Assembly: GCF_009834535.1 (NCBI RefSeq)
Contig: NC_045696.1
Location: 54,872,001-54,936,000 of the forward strand
Length of the DNA stretch: 64,000 nt
Source: Camelus ferus
Lineage: Eukaryota
Direction: 5' to 3'
A program made the position numbers and the translations under genes. The notes under the pieces are model-generated. The model was not told where the DNA came from. It ran no database searches and was given only the letters and a program-made list of their open reading frames with translations. Of the stretch, positions 40,331-54,156 are shown one piece after another. Positions within the stretch are counted from its first letter, which is position 1, and each line of letters opens with the position of its first letter.

Positions 40331-41409
40331 TAAAGCTTTTCCTGAAACACAAAATTAGGGTTTTATAGCTCATATAGGAAAAATTCAGCAGTGATGAAAT
40401 CAGAACAGTCAGATTTGAAAATAAAAGACCGTTTTTTTTCCTTTAATACGTAAGGCCTCAAGAAATTCTAGGCTCATTAGTGGAGTCCCACTGTCTACAT
40501 ATACTTTAAGAGAGCTACATGAAATTGAGACTTCCAACAGCCTTAACTCTTAAAGGTACATATAATGAGTGGTATAAACCTTATGCTCTATTCTTTAGGC
40601 AGTTTGCTGAAAATGCCAATCTCAGCACAGGTTTAGTTACAGAAGATTCATTTATAAATATACATGTATATGACATATATATATGATCTGTACATATGTA
40701 TTCTGTACTTTTTACTCCTAGCTTCAATTTAGAAATTTTAAGTAAAATTACAATATTTAGAAAACATTTTACTTCAAAGCACAAGATTTATAAGTATTTG
40801 GCTTTGTGTCTTCAATGTAATACTTTCTCTAAAATCTTAGATTAAACTCTCTAAAAGACATTTTATTCATTAAAAAAAAATGGGTATAGAAGTAACACTA
40901 CCTCCAGAGAGGTAGTGCTAGAGTTAAAGGAGGTATTTATGAAAGTGCTTTCTGAATTAAAATCTTTTTAAAAAATTAAGCCTTAATCATAATTTTACTT
41001 GCACATACACTTACAAATATCTCCTGTTTTCATGTATGCACCAATGAAGTGAATTTTAAAATGGAAGAGCCTCTTTTTCTTGCCCTGTGAAATCCTTCGG
41101 AGATTGTGAGTTCATGTCCATGGGATGGAAACTGATGTGCAAGGGCCAGCCTCTCTTCCATTCAGTCAGAAGTGTGGCTGCATGAGACTGAGCGCCAGCT
41201 CTGCTTTATGCCTAATGCATACTAATCACCCTGAACCCACTGTCTGCCTGCACAGTGTAAGAGACCTGCGGCTCTAGAGCACTGTTACATGGTACTCTTC
41301 CTACTTGACATTTCTTCTCTGGGCTTGGAGGCTTGCAGGACCCATGCTTATTCTGAATCAGTAAGCTCTCACACATTAAGAACATTTGGGAATAATCGAT
41401 TCTTTCCAG

Positions 41410-42880
41410 GCAGGGGATCAGAGGCAGCTTCGAGGAAAAGGCAGCATTTGAGCTGGACTGTACAGACTTTCAGAAGAGAAAAATGGGATGAGGGCATTTG
41501 GGGCAGTGAAGGCAGCATGAGTAAAGATACAAGGACACAGAATAATGTTCAAGAAGATTGAGTTAAGTATAGAGTACTTTGGGTGTTGAGGCCAAGAGAG
41601 AATAACAAGCAGCATAAAAAAGGTTAAGATCAGATAATGAAGGTCAAACATAAGGAGCACTTTCTGTGCAATATGAAGCCATCTGGAGCTCAAATTGGGT
41701 TGAGAAGGCATGATTAGAGCTGAACTGTAAATAATTAGGGTCTGAATGGGACAGTGTCATTGAGCTGGACAAGAAAGCCTTTTGGATATTCTAGAGGGAA
41801 AAAAATGGACTTCAAAACTGTTTTCATGAAAATTAGGAAGAGAAATAATTTTTTTAAAAAATGACCAAGGAGTTGAGCATTGGTGGCTAGAGGGGTGGAT
41901 AATTAACCAAGATAAGGAAGACAAGAGAAAACCCACTTTGGGTACCAAAATGAGGAGAAGCAAATTGTTGGGCTTGATTCACTGATTGATTGAGTCATTT
42001 TCTGTCATTCATGTTGAGGTATGACATATCTAGTTAAATGCATAAAAATACATTAATCTTAAGTGAAGTTTCACCTCTATATAAATAGGTACAGCCATAA
42101 CTCAGATCAATGCGGATCAACTTCCAGCACACCGTAAGGTTTCCTCATGCCTCTTTCTAGACAACAAATATCCCCCTTGGTGAATTTGGATTTAAGCTCC
42201 TTTTATACATTTTCTTTATTAAACAAAATTTGACTGAGCTTATTGTAGCGCCAGGAAAATATAGGGAATAGGCACAGGAAGAATAGACATGGTTACTTTC
42301 TTGGTCCCAAAAGTTTACTGTATTCATGATCTCGTGCAGTGGTTCTTACTTTATATGAAAGTCATCTCGGACTATTGTTTAAAATGTCAATTTTGTAGAT
42401 CCCTCCATCAAAATCCTAATTCAGTTTTTTTTGTGAGTCCTGCAATACTCATTTTTAACAAACTTCCTAGTTTACTTTGAAGCAGAAGATCTTAGTGCCA
42501 GATTTGAGAAATGCCTATTGAGTGAAACAGGAAGGCCTTGTATTCTCTGCTAATGAATCTGGACATTAGCCTGAGAGTTGTAGGGAAGCACTGGAGCATT
42601 AACCAAGGAATAACAAAGTCACAGTTTTGTATTTGGAGAGGATTCGGAGAGCAGAGTGGAGAAAGGATGAATTTGAGGGAGGAAAACTACTACCAGAAGG
42701 TCAGTTGCATGAAGGTTATTGCCAAGTTTCAGATGAGGCAAGGAAAAGTCTCTCTTTTGTAGAGAGGACAGATCCAAAAGGTATTTAAAAGGAACACTCA
42801 GAAGCACCTGTGACAAATTGTGTGTGTGTTGGGTGTGTGTGTGTGGGGGGGGGTGAGGGAATCAACAGGGAAGCTAGGGA
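41410..42880 (-). mobile_element. Fragmented L2 with nested L1ME 3' piece (~42010-42180) and MER5-like MITE (~42337-42515)
   Basis: CATTTGAGCTGGA, GGGAAGCACTGGAG and CAGATGAGG-type antisense L2 motifs; CAGTGGTTCTTA...TTTGAGAAATG MITE ends. Confidence 0.55.
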
Positions 42881-45800
42881 AGATGACTAGCTGTCTTTAA
42901 TAATGTAGATAAAAGGATTCACCCCGATTTTGAAGCCATGCTGACCTCACGACTGCTACCCACATTGGAGGGCTGAACAATAACTCTAGTCCATTTGTCC
43001 TGAGTACAGAGGGCAGATTTTCAGTGCCAAAAGCTGACTGTTATTTATCATAACACACAGGGCAGTGTCAAAACACTAGACTGTTGAGTGTCCACTTAAT
43101 GAAGCCTTGTCAGACTCTCAAAGATCTGGTCCTGATGGCTTTCAGGAATTCAGTTCCAAGAAGGTTCCATTTGCTGGGGAATTAACTGGTGTTTTCTCAA
43201 CTGAGTGCAAAATACTCTTAGTTGGGTGGCAGGGAATACAACCAAAGAAAACCTTGTGTTTGACACTGGGAAGCAAGCCTGGGAGGAAAATAGAGTAGAA
43301 ACTAATTGCCAAGTATCCTTTCCAGCTTTTGTCACAAAGTCTTTAGTCACAGCAGCTGAGAGGTGATATATACAGGATGTGACAAACAGAGGCTGCGTCT
43401 CAGCCCCCACTGTCCAACCCATCAACTTCCTGGATAGTCACGAAGAGTAAGAACCAAACTGCAGATGATAACTCCAGGCCTCTTCTACCCCAAGGCTTCT
43501 TTAGAAGGGCTGAGACCCATGGTGAAAATACCCAATGAAGGTAACATGGCAACACTGCAGTTCATTACAGATTACTAGGAACTTTCTTCAAGCCACCCAA
43601 TTTAAGTCGGATAACATCCCTAGGAGTAAGAAGTTCAAGATGTTTATCTTCCTTTTTCAGATAACAGTGGGGCTTAGAAAGATAAGGTGTCCTTCCCAAG
43701 GTCATGCATACGTATCCTACTGGAATGGGACTAAGGCACTGAACATCAAAGGACCTGGACTATTTCTGCAAAACTGAGCAGTCTCCCAAGGGCCAAGGGC
43801 AATCTGCTAGCTGACGCTCGATCCACTTTTTCCTTTGGCTGAAATAGCAGCACTTCTCCACTGAGGAATATTAGAGTAAGAACACAACGTGGCCAAGGCA
43901 TGTACACTGCAATCCTCTCCTCCTCGTGTACAAGGTATACACATCTGCCACATGCCACGGACGGACATGGAAGCTGAACAGTGGAAACCACTATTTCCTT
44001 TGTACCCACAGTTTTGGTAGAGTCTGATAAGCAACAGGAAACTCCTGGTGAGTAACGAACTATTTTTTCTTTAGGAGTTCTTTGTATCTGATTCCTAGCT
44101 GCTCTTAGCACTCAAATGGAACTGGAAAAAGAGATGACAATACTGATTCTTGAAAAATGTTTCCTGTTTCAGATACATAGCTGCCATAGCTGTCAGCATT
44201 TGGCTTTGCCATCTGTCGTTTGTCACAGAAATCCAGCACTCTTTTATGTGAGCCTCGCTTAACTGAAATTCACTTTTAAAATTCTAAATATGAAGAATTA
44301 TTTAATTTAGCAGCAAATTCAGCCCATGGGCCAGACAAATTCAACACTAAAAAGTTGGAGAGCTGATGTTATCATGCCTGCCATCTTGATGCTGCTTAGT
44401 TCCCTGACTATGCGAGTTTGGGTCAACTCCAGAAATGAGCAAATGTTGAAGAGAAAAGAGATCATCACTGCAGCAGTATGTGCTGATATTCTAACAGCTA
44501 ACAATTAAGCACACCATCAAGTATAAATCTTCCTGTCATGAACCACAGTAGTCATGACCATGAACCTGGTGGGAAAGGAGCAGACTCAGAGGCTTTGCCT
44601 CCTGAGGGGACAGCACAGCTGGAGCGGATCCAACTGCAGGCTCTGGGGGTCATCTTGTCTGGCAATTAGAACTGAGAAATGGAAGGGGTGGCAATGGACC
44701 TCAGGGATATCCAAGTAGGTAGACATGTTGTTGAAGGGGGTCAAGAGATCCAGAGGAGACACAGATGGACACCTGGATGAGCAGCTTTTACATGAAGCCC
44801 TCTGGCAGAAAGGTAGAGCACAATGATGGGGAATCCAGGAACAGGCCACACTACTCAACCAGAAGAAGGACTATCTCTGACCCTTGTTTTCTCTCTCACT
44901 CTCTTTTCTTCTTGCACATCTTTAAAATCATTTTCTCTCTTTCCACTTCCTTCTTCACTCCAGTTCTTTGCCTAATACTTGCATGTAATCAGTTCTCAAA
45001 TCAACAGACTACTCGGAGCTCTAGACAATCACTTCTGGTACAAAGCCTTCTTTTCATAAATGATGCCCCATTTGACTTCCCATTCTGAGCATGCCCTACC
45101 TTTCTGAGAAATGGTGAGTGCAGACAAAATACATCAGCAATAGGACTGCCTGGACAGGGTTAAGAACAAACTGACTTACCAGGAAAGTGGGACAGCAAGC
45201 TTAGAGTCCGCAGTTTCCTCTGCAAGGAAGGCAATGCTGACTGTGTCATAGAACCGGAGAGGCAGCTGTGTATCATGGTTACCTGTCTCTGTGACCATCC
45301 ACCTTGAGGATACAGCCAGGGAAAAAAACAATAAGTTTGCAGTATTAAAGAAGATATCAAACTTGGATTTAGATATTTAAACAACCCCCACACTTTCCAA
45401 AAGAAAAACCTATTTATCAAATTTCCTGTCCAGAATCCCTTGGGGCTGACTTATCCCATGATCACATTAAATAGGAACTTCTGGTTCTTTCTATTATCTT
45501 GACATTATAATATGAAGAGTGATTTGGCATCAAGGCTCCTTTGTTTGGGGCCTGTATGGTCCTTTTCTGTTGATGACCCTAATGTAGTTTGTCTTTCTTT
45601 CAAGTGTGTTTATTCAGTAAAATGTTTTTGTAATGAAAATTGTATTAGAGCTAGACAAACTCTTCCCATTATACTTTACTGATGCCAGCCAGTGTTAAAC
45701 TACCTGTTTTTCATGGTCTTTGCATTTTGAGTTCTGCTTTTTAACAATAAAGTTTTATTCGGCTTTTATCTACTTATACCTGAAGTACTATGAGGATTAT

Positions 45801-47254
45801 TTTTATATTTTGTTATATTTCCCAGTAATTCAAATACTCTCCCCAGCTACAAATCTCTGATATTGAAGCATTACTTAGGAAAACGTTTAAGCAGGATATA
45901 ATAGGATACTAAACTTGGATTCAAGGTGAATGCAGTGTTATAGCTATTTCTAATGGAACAGAGGTATTGGCAAAATTTTTGCATAGTGAATTTTTTTAAT
46001 TGAATCTGATTCCTGGTTTACCTTTAATGATTTTCAACATGCTAAGTTACCTCTGTCTCTATCTTTGAGACAAAATATTTCAATTATCAACTAGTAACCC
46101 AAGCTAATCCTTCCCTATCCTTTACTTCCTCAGTATAAACATTGAGTCTTATATTTACTTCTGATTTTGCAAACAAACATTGAGAATCAGTCTCCAAGTC
46201 TCTTTCAAACATGTTTTGTCCAATTCAACCATTCTGAGCCAAAATCAGCCTGGCCCTCAGCAATCAGAACTCTGTTTCCCACTCAAAATGTTATTTCTTT
46301 GCAAATATTCTAGGTGTTTCCCATCTGCCTACCTACCTGTCACTGCACTCCTTCCCCAAATTCCTCTTTCCATATCCTCAGTCTGAGATGACTGCTTGTC
46401 CACTTTAACAGACCTGCTACTTCTGTGCATCCCCATGCTTTTTGCCCCCTCATCCCTATCTAATTTTCTCTTCATCTCTTTTCAATGTGGCATTACCCAC
46501 TCTGTCTGGAACTAGGTCTTTGGCAATTATAGAAGGTATGTTATTAACTCTGCCAGCTGCTTCATCACCTGCACTCACTGCAAGCCAATTTAAAAAATCT
46601 TTGTTCTTGGATCCTCTGCTTATTCTAATTAGAGAGCTTATCATAGGGCTGCAGCAAAATGCTGCTTTGACAATGATCTTTCCTCCCTACTTCTGTAATA
46701 TCAAGTAAGGAGCAAATTGTGTTTTAGACACCAGCCTCCAGCCCTCATGCTATTAACTTTCCTTAGTGTATGTTCATTTGTGGCAGCTACTTACTACTAC
46801 CGAGCCTTTGCTTCTAGACCAAACTAAACAGACGTGTGAAATTGTGTGAGAGCTCTCGATACTGGAGAATGTGTGATGGCACCCAATATTTGGTGTTTTC
46901 AAAAGGGAAGTCAGAAAAACAAGTTTTTCTACCTACTTTTTAATCCACCATTTTTCCCTTTCATTTAAGAGAGCTCGTTTTCTCTCCTATTTTTCCAGCT
47001 CTCTCACAACTGGACAGGAAACTGAAGGAGGTAACAAGTAGTTGTTGAAGAGGAGTTCATTTACAGTGTGACGCAGGAAGCAACCATGGAGGGGCACTAC
47101 TGAGCAACAGAAGTAATGTCTTCCAGGCATTACTGAATCCAGAAGTTTGTTTGTTTATTGGTTTCTTCCTAGAACCTAAAAGATTTGTAAGTCTCCATTC
47201 ACACCAAGCCTCTGTAGGCTAACCATACTTAATATGCTAATGCTTTCATGTATT

Positions 47255-47520
47255 CATTTATCCATGCATGTATAGTATCATTTATTCATTCATTCATCCA
47301 GTCATTCAACAAATACTTACTGGGACCACCCTGGAAGGAGCTGTGATAAATGCTGAAGACTCACAGAAATGCAAGGTCTCTGTTTGCAAGTAGCCATAAG
47401 CTAACTAGGGAACCAAATAAGCAAAGAGACATAAAATATGTCATGAGCACACTGAGTACTATCAGTGGAGCCTGGAGGAGGTGCCTTTTCAAAAGTCTTA
47501 AAAGATGCCTAATTGTGAAA
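47255..47520 (-). mobile_element. L2 3' end
   Basis: ATTCATTCATTCATCCAGTCATTCAACAAATACTTACTG, the canonical antisense L2 tail. Confidence 0.75.
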
Positions 47521-48423
47521 TAGATAAGGAAGCTTTCAGTTGTATTCATTTTTACTGGGAAGACTGCACTAAAAGTATTTTAACATTGCATAGGTCTGTA
47601 TAGTAACTTTTCTTTTAAAAAAAAAAAAAAGTGGAAGTAATTCTTGGAAGTATTGTCAGAGTGAATTATTGCATGACACTGTATGCCAGGAATACTTGTC
47701 AGGAATGGTTACTAAAATAGCCACTGTGAGGCAATCACTGTGATTATCTTTCCACGGCCAGACGTATTTGTAACAGTCAAAGGAAAACCAAGTTGGTCTA
47801 AGCAGATTGCAAAACTGAAAGAAATAGGGGTAAATATTCTCAATTAAGCACTGATAAAGGAGAAAGGAAGCTGAATGAATTAGCAACTTAGTCACAAAAA
47901 TGAGGTCCCCCCTTTTTTTCCCACCAGTGGAAGGTCATGAGTTTAGGAAAAAAGTAAGCAAACTGATAAAAGAGACACTGGCTCACCTTTTTTTTTTTTT
48001 CCATCTAAGAAAGAAATGAACAAATCTGGACAAAATGCTATTTCAGGCCTTCCCTGAGACTAACAAGAACTTTCTTTCTTATGAGAGGGATTGCCTATCT
48101 AGTGAAGCTGAACAAAGACTTGGAGAAACCATGCCATCAATAATTCTTAATTAACTTTGACAGCAAGAAAAAGTACAGTAAGGGCTTGAAACGTAGGTGT
48201 CTTGCCAAGAAGCTAGAGGTCAACTGAGATGTTAGAAATTCCAGTGCCTGGAAATATCATGTAAAGACAGAGACTATATGGGAATAAACAAAAATCTAAG
48301 CTTAAGAAAATATGTGACAATGTAGATATTATTAGCATATATTTTTATTCATACCATTATTTATATTTTCACCAATCTTACTCAATATTGAATCTACCAA
48401 TTACAGTGTAATTAATTAAAGGA

Positions 48424-48645
48424 AGTCCATCTGCTTTCACTCCAGGTAAGCAAACGCAGGACTGCATCTCTCTGGACGTGCCTGTCCCCTCCAGATTTCA
48501 GGATGCCAGTTTGCCTCATGGCCTCAGTTCTAACATGAGGCCAGGAAACATCACTGATTTTCAGTTTGTCTAGGTTTTTTTTTTTGATAGGGCAAGAATG
48601 ATGACCTTCAAGCTCTTTACACATCAAACCTAAAACACCAAGTCT
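48424..48645 (-). mobile_element. Isolated L1MC-type 5'-end fragment
   Basis: Reverse complement TGTAAAGAGCTTGAAGGTCATC...ACAAACTGAAAATCAG...GAAATCTGGAGGGGACAGGC resembles L1MCa_5end. Confidence 0.75.
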
Positions 48646-50987
48646 TTCAAAGGGTCTTAAACAAATAAGTGGCATGATTCTATTTTCCTTTTTAAAAGGT
48701 TACTCTAATTTGCAGAGCAGATTGGAGGAGAGCCATCATGGAAGCAAAGAGAGGGGGTAGGGGACACTGTATTCAATGACTTAAGTAAGAAATGCTGATG
48801 GTTTCTAATGACAACACAGTCTGATACCACTGAAGAGATGTAAGGGACAAGGTCAGGAGATAAGAGGACATCAAAGAACCAAGATGCCTTGGATGACTGG
48901 GTCTACTACTATGAACTTGAAGTTATTCAGGATGAGAGTAGAACTTGGTTTAAAGGGACAGACACTTGCAACAAGGAAAGAAATGTTTCAGTAAATGAAG
49001 TAGGGAGATGAGGAATTATTGGATGACAGAATGAAGAAAGGAAGAGCATAAAATATGCAAAAAGCTTGAAGCTGACTATAACATAATTACATCTTTAAGC
49101 TTATTTTTTTGCATAATTGTCTTACAGTGAACTGGGGAGAGAAGATGACACCTATTTTACATCTTTACCTTTAAGCACATGGAATGAGGGGAAATGAGTA
49201 GTTTTTTCTTGCTGTAAATGAAGAAAATGTGGCATCTGCAGAACTCCAAGTTTCAGCTGAGGCCCTTCAACGGATGGAAAGAACAGAAAGATTAAGGCTT
49301 TAGTGGAATTTAATAATCCTGAAATAGGTTCTAAAAGGCAAACGATCTTTGGGAAAAAGTGAGGACTGAAATATTTGGTCAGATACAGCAGGCAGAAAAT
49401 ATCCAAAAAAGGAAGTGCAAAGGAGACTTAAATCTTTCATATTATGTGAGAAGCAAGGGACACAGGGATGTGAACAAGGTGACTGCAGTCCAGCAATGCT
49501 TAAGGTTTGTGGCCCCTCTGACTTCACCGAACCCCACTGAGTTTTAGCAGAATCTGGCCTGGGGAGTCTCAGGGCAGGGAGGTGTTAGCCATGCTGGGCA
49601 ACACTAATTAGCACGCATGTTGCAATTAGATGGCAAGAGAAACAACCTCAATTGGCAGAGGCAAAAGGCTACGAAACACGTAGTTGGTGCTCACAAAACG
49701 TGTGTACAGTGGGAGCAGGTGAAGGAGGTAGAGAACATGTCATTGGACAGAAATCACTGACGCTGAAATAAACCATCCATCTCATGGCAGCTGTGAAAAT
49801 TGATAGGATAGTCGTCATTGGCTCTCCTTTTCTTGCCTTTTTTTTTTTTTTTTTTGGCTTGCCACATCCTGCTCCCAATCCTAAAGCATTTATGACATCT
49901 TTTCCAACTTCTCTCACTTAAGCTGGGCTCCTTACTGTCCAACACCTCACCAGAAACATTGCTCTTGGGGCCTCTCCTTTTGTTCATTCTCTCTCTAGCT
50001 CTGGAAAACACTCTCTTTTGTACATAACCAATGCAGAGTTCTCAATGACAGAATTTTAGGTCTTGTTAGTGAGAAAGATTTTGCCTTATTTTAACTTTGC
50101 TTGCCCAGGCAAGAATAAAGCAATGTCTGTAAAGAACAGTGTCTGATGGCAGCACAGCCTTAGTTGTAATTTAATCCATTTATTATAACAGAAATCTTTC
50201 TTAGGAAAAAAGCAGTTCTTTTAAAATATTATTTTTTTTGCAAGTTTCCTAGGGGGTGTCAAGGGCTGCTATTTAAGAGTGGGCTCATGAGTGAATTGCA
50301 CCTAAAGTAAAAGTTCTTAGAAGACCCAGGATAGAAAATTATTTCCTGATAAAATCTAAGTTCTGATTCTACCTATATAATGTTGTGCAAAAGGTAAAAT
50401 GTCTTCCTAACAACATGCTCCCATTAGTTAAGCAACATGTAAAGGAGTAATTCATATATTTTCAATCGTTTCACAGAAAAATTCACAAGGCTTCCAGAAA
50501 AGAAAGACGTTAAGAAGAGTATTTCCTTTAGACAACTTACTCTGCTAGAACCCTTGTAAGTGCCAATGAAATAGGGACGTGAATAAAATAAAAGTCATTA
50601 TAAACTAGAGTCCCTTTTAACGTAAGCCTTAAAAGTCAACCGATTAATAGATTTCATGTTATATTTGTTAATATCACCACTTCAGGATTAAACAGTTCAT
50701 CAGAAAGTTTCATTAAAAGCAACTCCACACAAATCAGGGTGACAGAGTACAACTCTGTCAATAACCTCTAATGGACTTGCATGGTGGAATTTAACATGCA
50801 TAACTCTGGCTGAAATGACTACAGTATTAAGACTTTTTATCCCATTTATTGTGTATATATTAAATTTAGATTTATATACGAAAACTTCACAGAGTTGATT
50901 TCCAAAGTCCACAAAGACCCAATCTGGAAGGTTTAAAAAATGAAAATAAAATAATTCATTATTAATAGAGAATGTATTCTAGGCCAC

Positions 50988-51616
50988 GTTATTAGTTTCC
51001 TATTACTGCTGTAATTAATTATCACAAACTTAGCAACTTAAAATGATGCAAATTTATTTTCTCAGTTCTGTATTCAGAAGTCTAGGTTGGCTCTGCTCTC
51101 GGTTTCAGAAAGCCCAAATCAAGTTGTTGACTGGCCTGTTTCTTATCAGGAGGCTCTTGGAAGGCCCTGGGAGGCTCTACTTCCAGGCTCACTCTGACTC
51201 CTGGGAGAATCCAGCTCCTTGCAGCTGTAAGACTGATATTCCTCTTTCCTCGCTGCCTGTCAGCTGGGGGCTGCCCTCAGCTCCCAGAGGCCTCTCTCTA
51301 GTCCTGGTAAGTGGGTCCCTAGTTGTCAGAGCTAGCAACAGCATGTCCAACCCTCCTCAAGTTTGGAATATCTCTAACTTCTCCTTCTACCACATTTCTT
51401 TTTTGCTTCCAGCCAGATACAGTTCTCAGTTGCTAAGGGCTCATGTGATTGCATTGTGCCCACCTGAATAATCCAGGATAATTTCCCTATTTTAAGGTTT
51501 CTTAACATTAATTACATTTGCAAATTCCTTTTTGCCACATGGTGTAAAACAGTCACAGATTCCAGGGATGAGGGCGTGGATATCTTTGGGAGGGGGCCTT
51601 ATTCTGCTTAGCACGC
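50988..51616 (-). mobile_element. MLT1E-like MaLR solo LTR
   Basis: ATTAGTTTCCTATTACTGCTGTAA...CACAAACTTAG start; TAATCCAGGATAATTTCCCTATTTTAAGG and CACAGATTCCAGGGATGAGGGCGTGGATATCTTTGGG end. Confidence 0.88.
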
Positions 51617-53998
51617 CCACCAAAAACAAAGGAGAAATGCAAAATCACAAAACAGAAGGTCTATTAAAGGTGTGCCCTACATGGTACTTATTTTTAAAAA
51701 ATATTCTGAAGGAACAGCAAGACATATTGTGACATGTCGAAACTATAGAATATTATGTAGATTAAAAAAAACCCAAATTCATCTTTATAGTTTATCTAAT
51801 GATATCAGAGATTTATACAATTTAAGCAAAACCAACACAAAATTATGCTTACTGTATAAGAACCCAATTTTATATATATAACATGCACACATATATGCAC
51901 AGATATTTATCTTTTTATTTATATGCACATATCTATATACGTATATGCATACACATATCTATATGTGCATCCTTTATGTGTTATATATCTTTATATGCCA
52001 AAGTATAGCAAAATATTAGCTTGGCAATCTCTGAATAATGATATTGTATTTCCTCTTTCATATGTTCTGTGAAATCATATTTTCCAAAACATATAATCAG
52101 AAAATAAAATGCCATTAAAAAAAAATGACATCTTGCATGATTTCTGATATAAAACGGAATATTCCCACAAGTAAATCCAATGAGTCTCACACTCTGGATA
52201 GATCAGTTTATTATAAATTAACCCTAAGAGGAGATCTGGTCCCGAGACAGGGGTAGGAGTGAGGAGGATGATTCCTACCGTACTGACAGATCAATAGCAA
52301 GAAATAGTTGATGGTTCACAGAAACTTCTCTACTAGATAAAATCTCTTCTAAGTTCCCTTCCTTCTAACCTACAACATGAAAAGACAGTAGTTTTTGTTT
52401 GCTTCTTTCTGTGAGTATCTTGATTTTATATGTCTACATGGAAAGAACTCTGAGATAGAGTGTAAGTCAGGGTCTCTACATCTGTTTCAAGCTCCCAGGT
52501 AGAGTTCCAAGTCTCTCACAACACTGGATCCCCTGAAGCAACCATTGTCCTTTTCCCTTGATAAGAGACAAATCAAACAAAGGACTTAATGATCCTTCTC
52601 TCACCATGCATGTTAAATAACTCTGTACCATCAGCTGCGGGAAAGAGCTACAGCCTTTTGACAATAAGGAACATTCACCCCTGCTCCTAATGCATTCCCA
52701 GTGTCAAAAACATTTCAAATGGATTTCTGCTATCATCTTTTTCTTAGAATAGTAAATCATTGCCAAGACAGTTGAGCTCATTTCCAAGCGCTGTTCCATG
52801 CCTTCACATTTTGAGGCTGCTTTAAGTGGGCAACACTGACATACGTCATTACATAGGGTTATTACTGTCACTGCTCTATTTTTCCGAATATCACCAAGAA
52901 GGCAGTCACTCCCCTTTGGTCTCAATGGTGCTCCTCTCCACAGAAGGGAAAAGATAGCAGTCCTGCAATCCCATAATTGGAGGAAAGGTTTTCCAGAGGT
53001 TGAGTACTTTTAGAAATGATAGACAGGCAACATGCCACTAAGACGCAAAAATAGCACGATAAGGGAACAGAGGATTCAATTGTTCCCCATCATTCCCTAG
53101 GAAACCTGACCCACAAGAGTTGTGGTGATAAAACCTTCACTTAATGTGTTTACTTTTGCTCATTCAAAGTTCAGGAGACTTAATCACTGCACAAAACTTA
53201 CTCTTATTAGAATGTACTGTGACAAACTGGAAATGGTGTCTTGGACACATGCTACAAATTGGAGGCCTGACTCTCAGCTGCCAATGAATCATTGGTGTGA
53301 AGTCTACAGCAACAGGCTGTGGAGGCCCACCTGGCTTTGAAAATAGCAGAGCAAGGCAAGGCAAGGAAAACAGCAGGGCAAGATTGGAAATGATGTTTAT
53401 GAAGAGGGAAGAGAAAATCTCAAGACAGGAGAATGAGTCTGATGACATAAATGTCAGATTTGTAATGTGGTGCATTTGATGTTCTGGAATGCAACCCATA
53501 GGTCTTACTTCAAAATGGGCTGTGACACACTGAATTACTTCCATAATAATCCACCTGCTTGACAGTTTCTTAATATCTTGCCTTGCCTCTTTGGTCAGAC
53601 CCTGCCAGCTTTAATATGGGATATTCTCTTATAGTTTGCAAGGTGTGCCATTCTCTGCCTAAATTATGTGCGTTGTACTAGGATATCCAAGTATGTCCCA
53701 ATCCTGACTCCAGGTTTGTTCCCCCAAAAGTAGAATTTGGCATCCTCTCCACATTGACTTTGGTATGTCTTTATAAACTCTGCCTTATTTATTTTTGGCC
53801 TTGCTGACATTGGGATATAGGTATTCTCCTCTGAGGCTCAAGGCAAGATCAAGGGAATATATTGCTGGAATATGCAGCCAAGATTGACTGGACAATTTTC
53901 TAATTTCTCCACTTCGCAATGTGTCTGTCTCCAATAGTACCTGGATTGCTCTAGAACAAGCCCTGGTAAAAGGCGTATTTCCATCATTGTTTTTTAAG

Positions 53999-54156
53999 GA
54001 CTGTTTCTCATACTTTAGTGTATATAAGAATGATCTGGAAAAATTGTTTAAAAAATTGCTTCCAGGACCCATTACCCAGTTATTCTGACTTAGTAAGTCT
54101 GAGGTGGTCCCACAAAACTGTATTACAGTGAAGTGCCTGCACACTGAGAAGCACTG
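53999..54156. mobile_element. MER5-family MITE
   Basis: CTGTTTCTCATACTTTAGTG...TTCTGACTTAGTAAGTCTGAGGTGG...TGAGAAGCACTG. Confidence 0.75.

Noticed and set aside
40896..40918. CACTACCTC/GAGGTAGTG hairpin resembling the let-7 seed
   Set aside because: Only a 9-bp stem in MIR-like sequence, with no pre-miRNA-length hairpin.
47987..48004. Possible 18-nt minus-strand microexon (TTCTTAG|ATGG-A13-G|GTGAGC)
   Set aside because: Its length depends on an unstable mononucleotide run and no host gene is supported; likely chance.
51043..51471. 142-aa ORF
   Set aside because: Lies entirely within an MLT1 LTR and has no recognisable domain.
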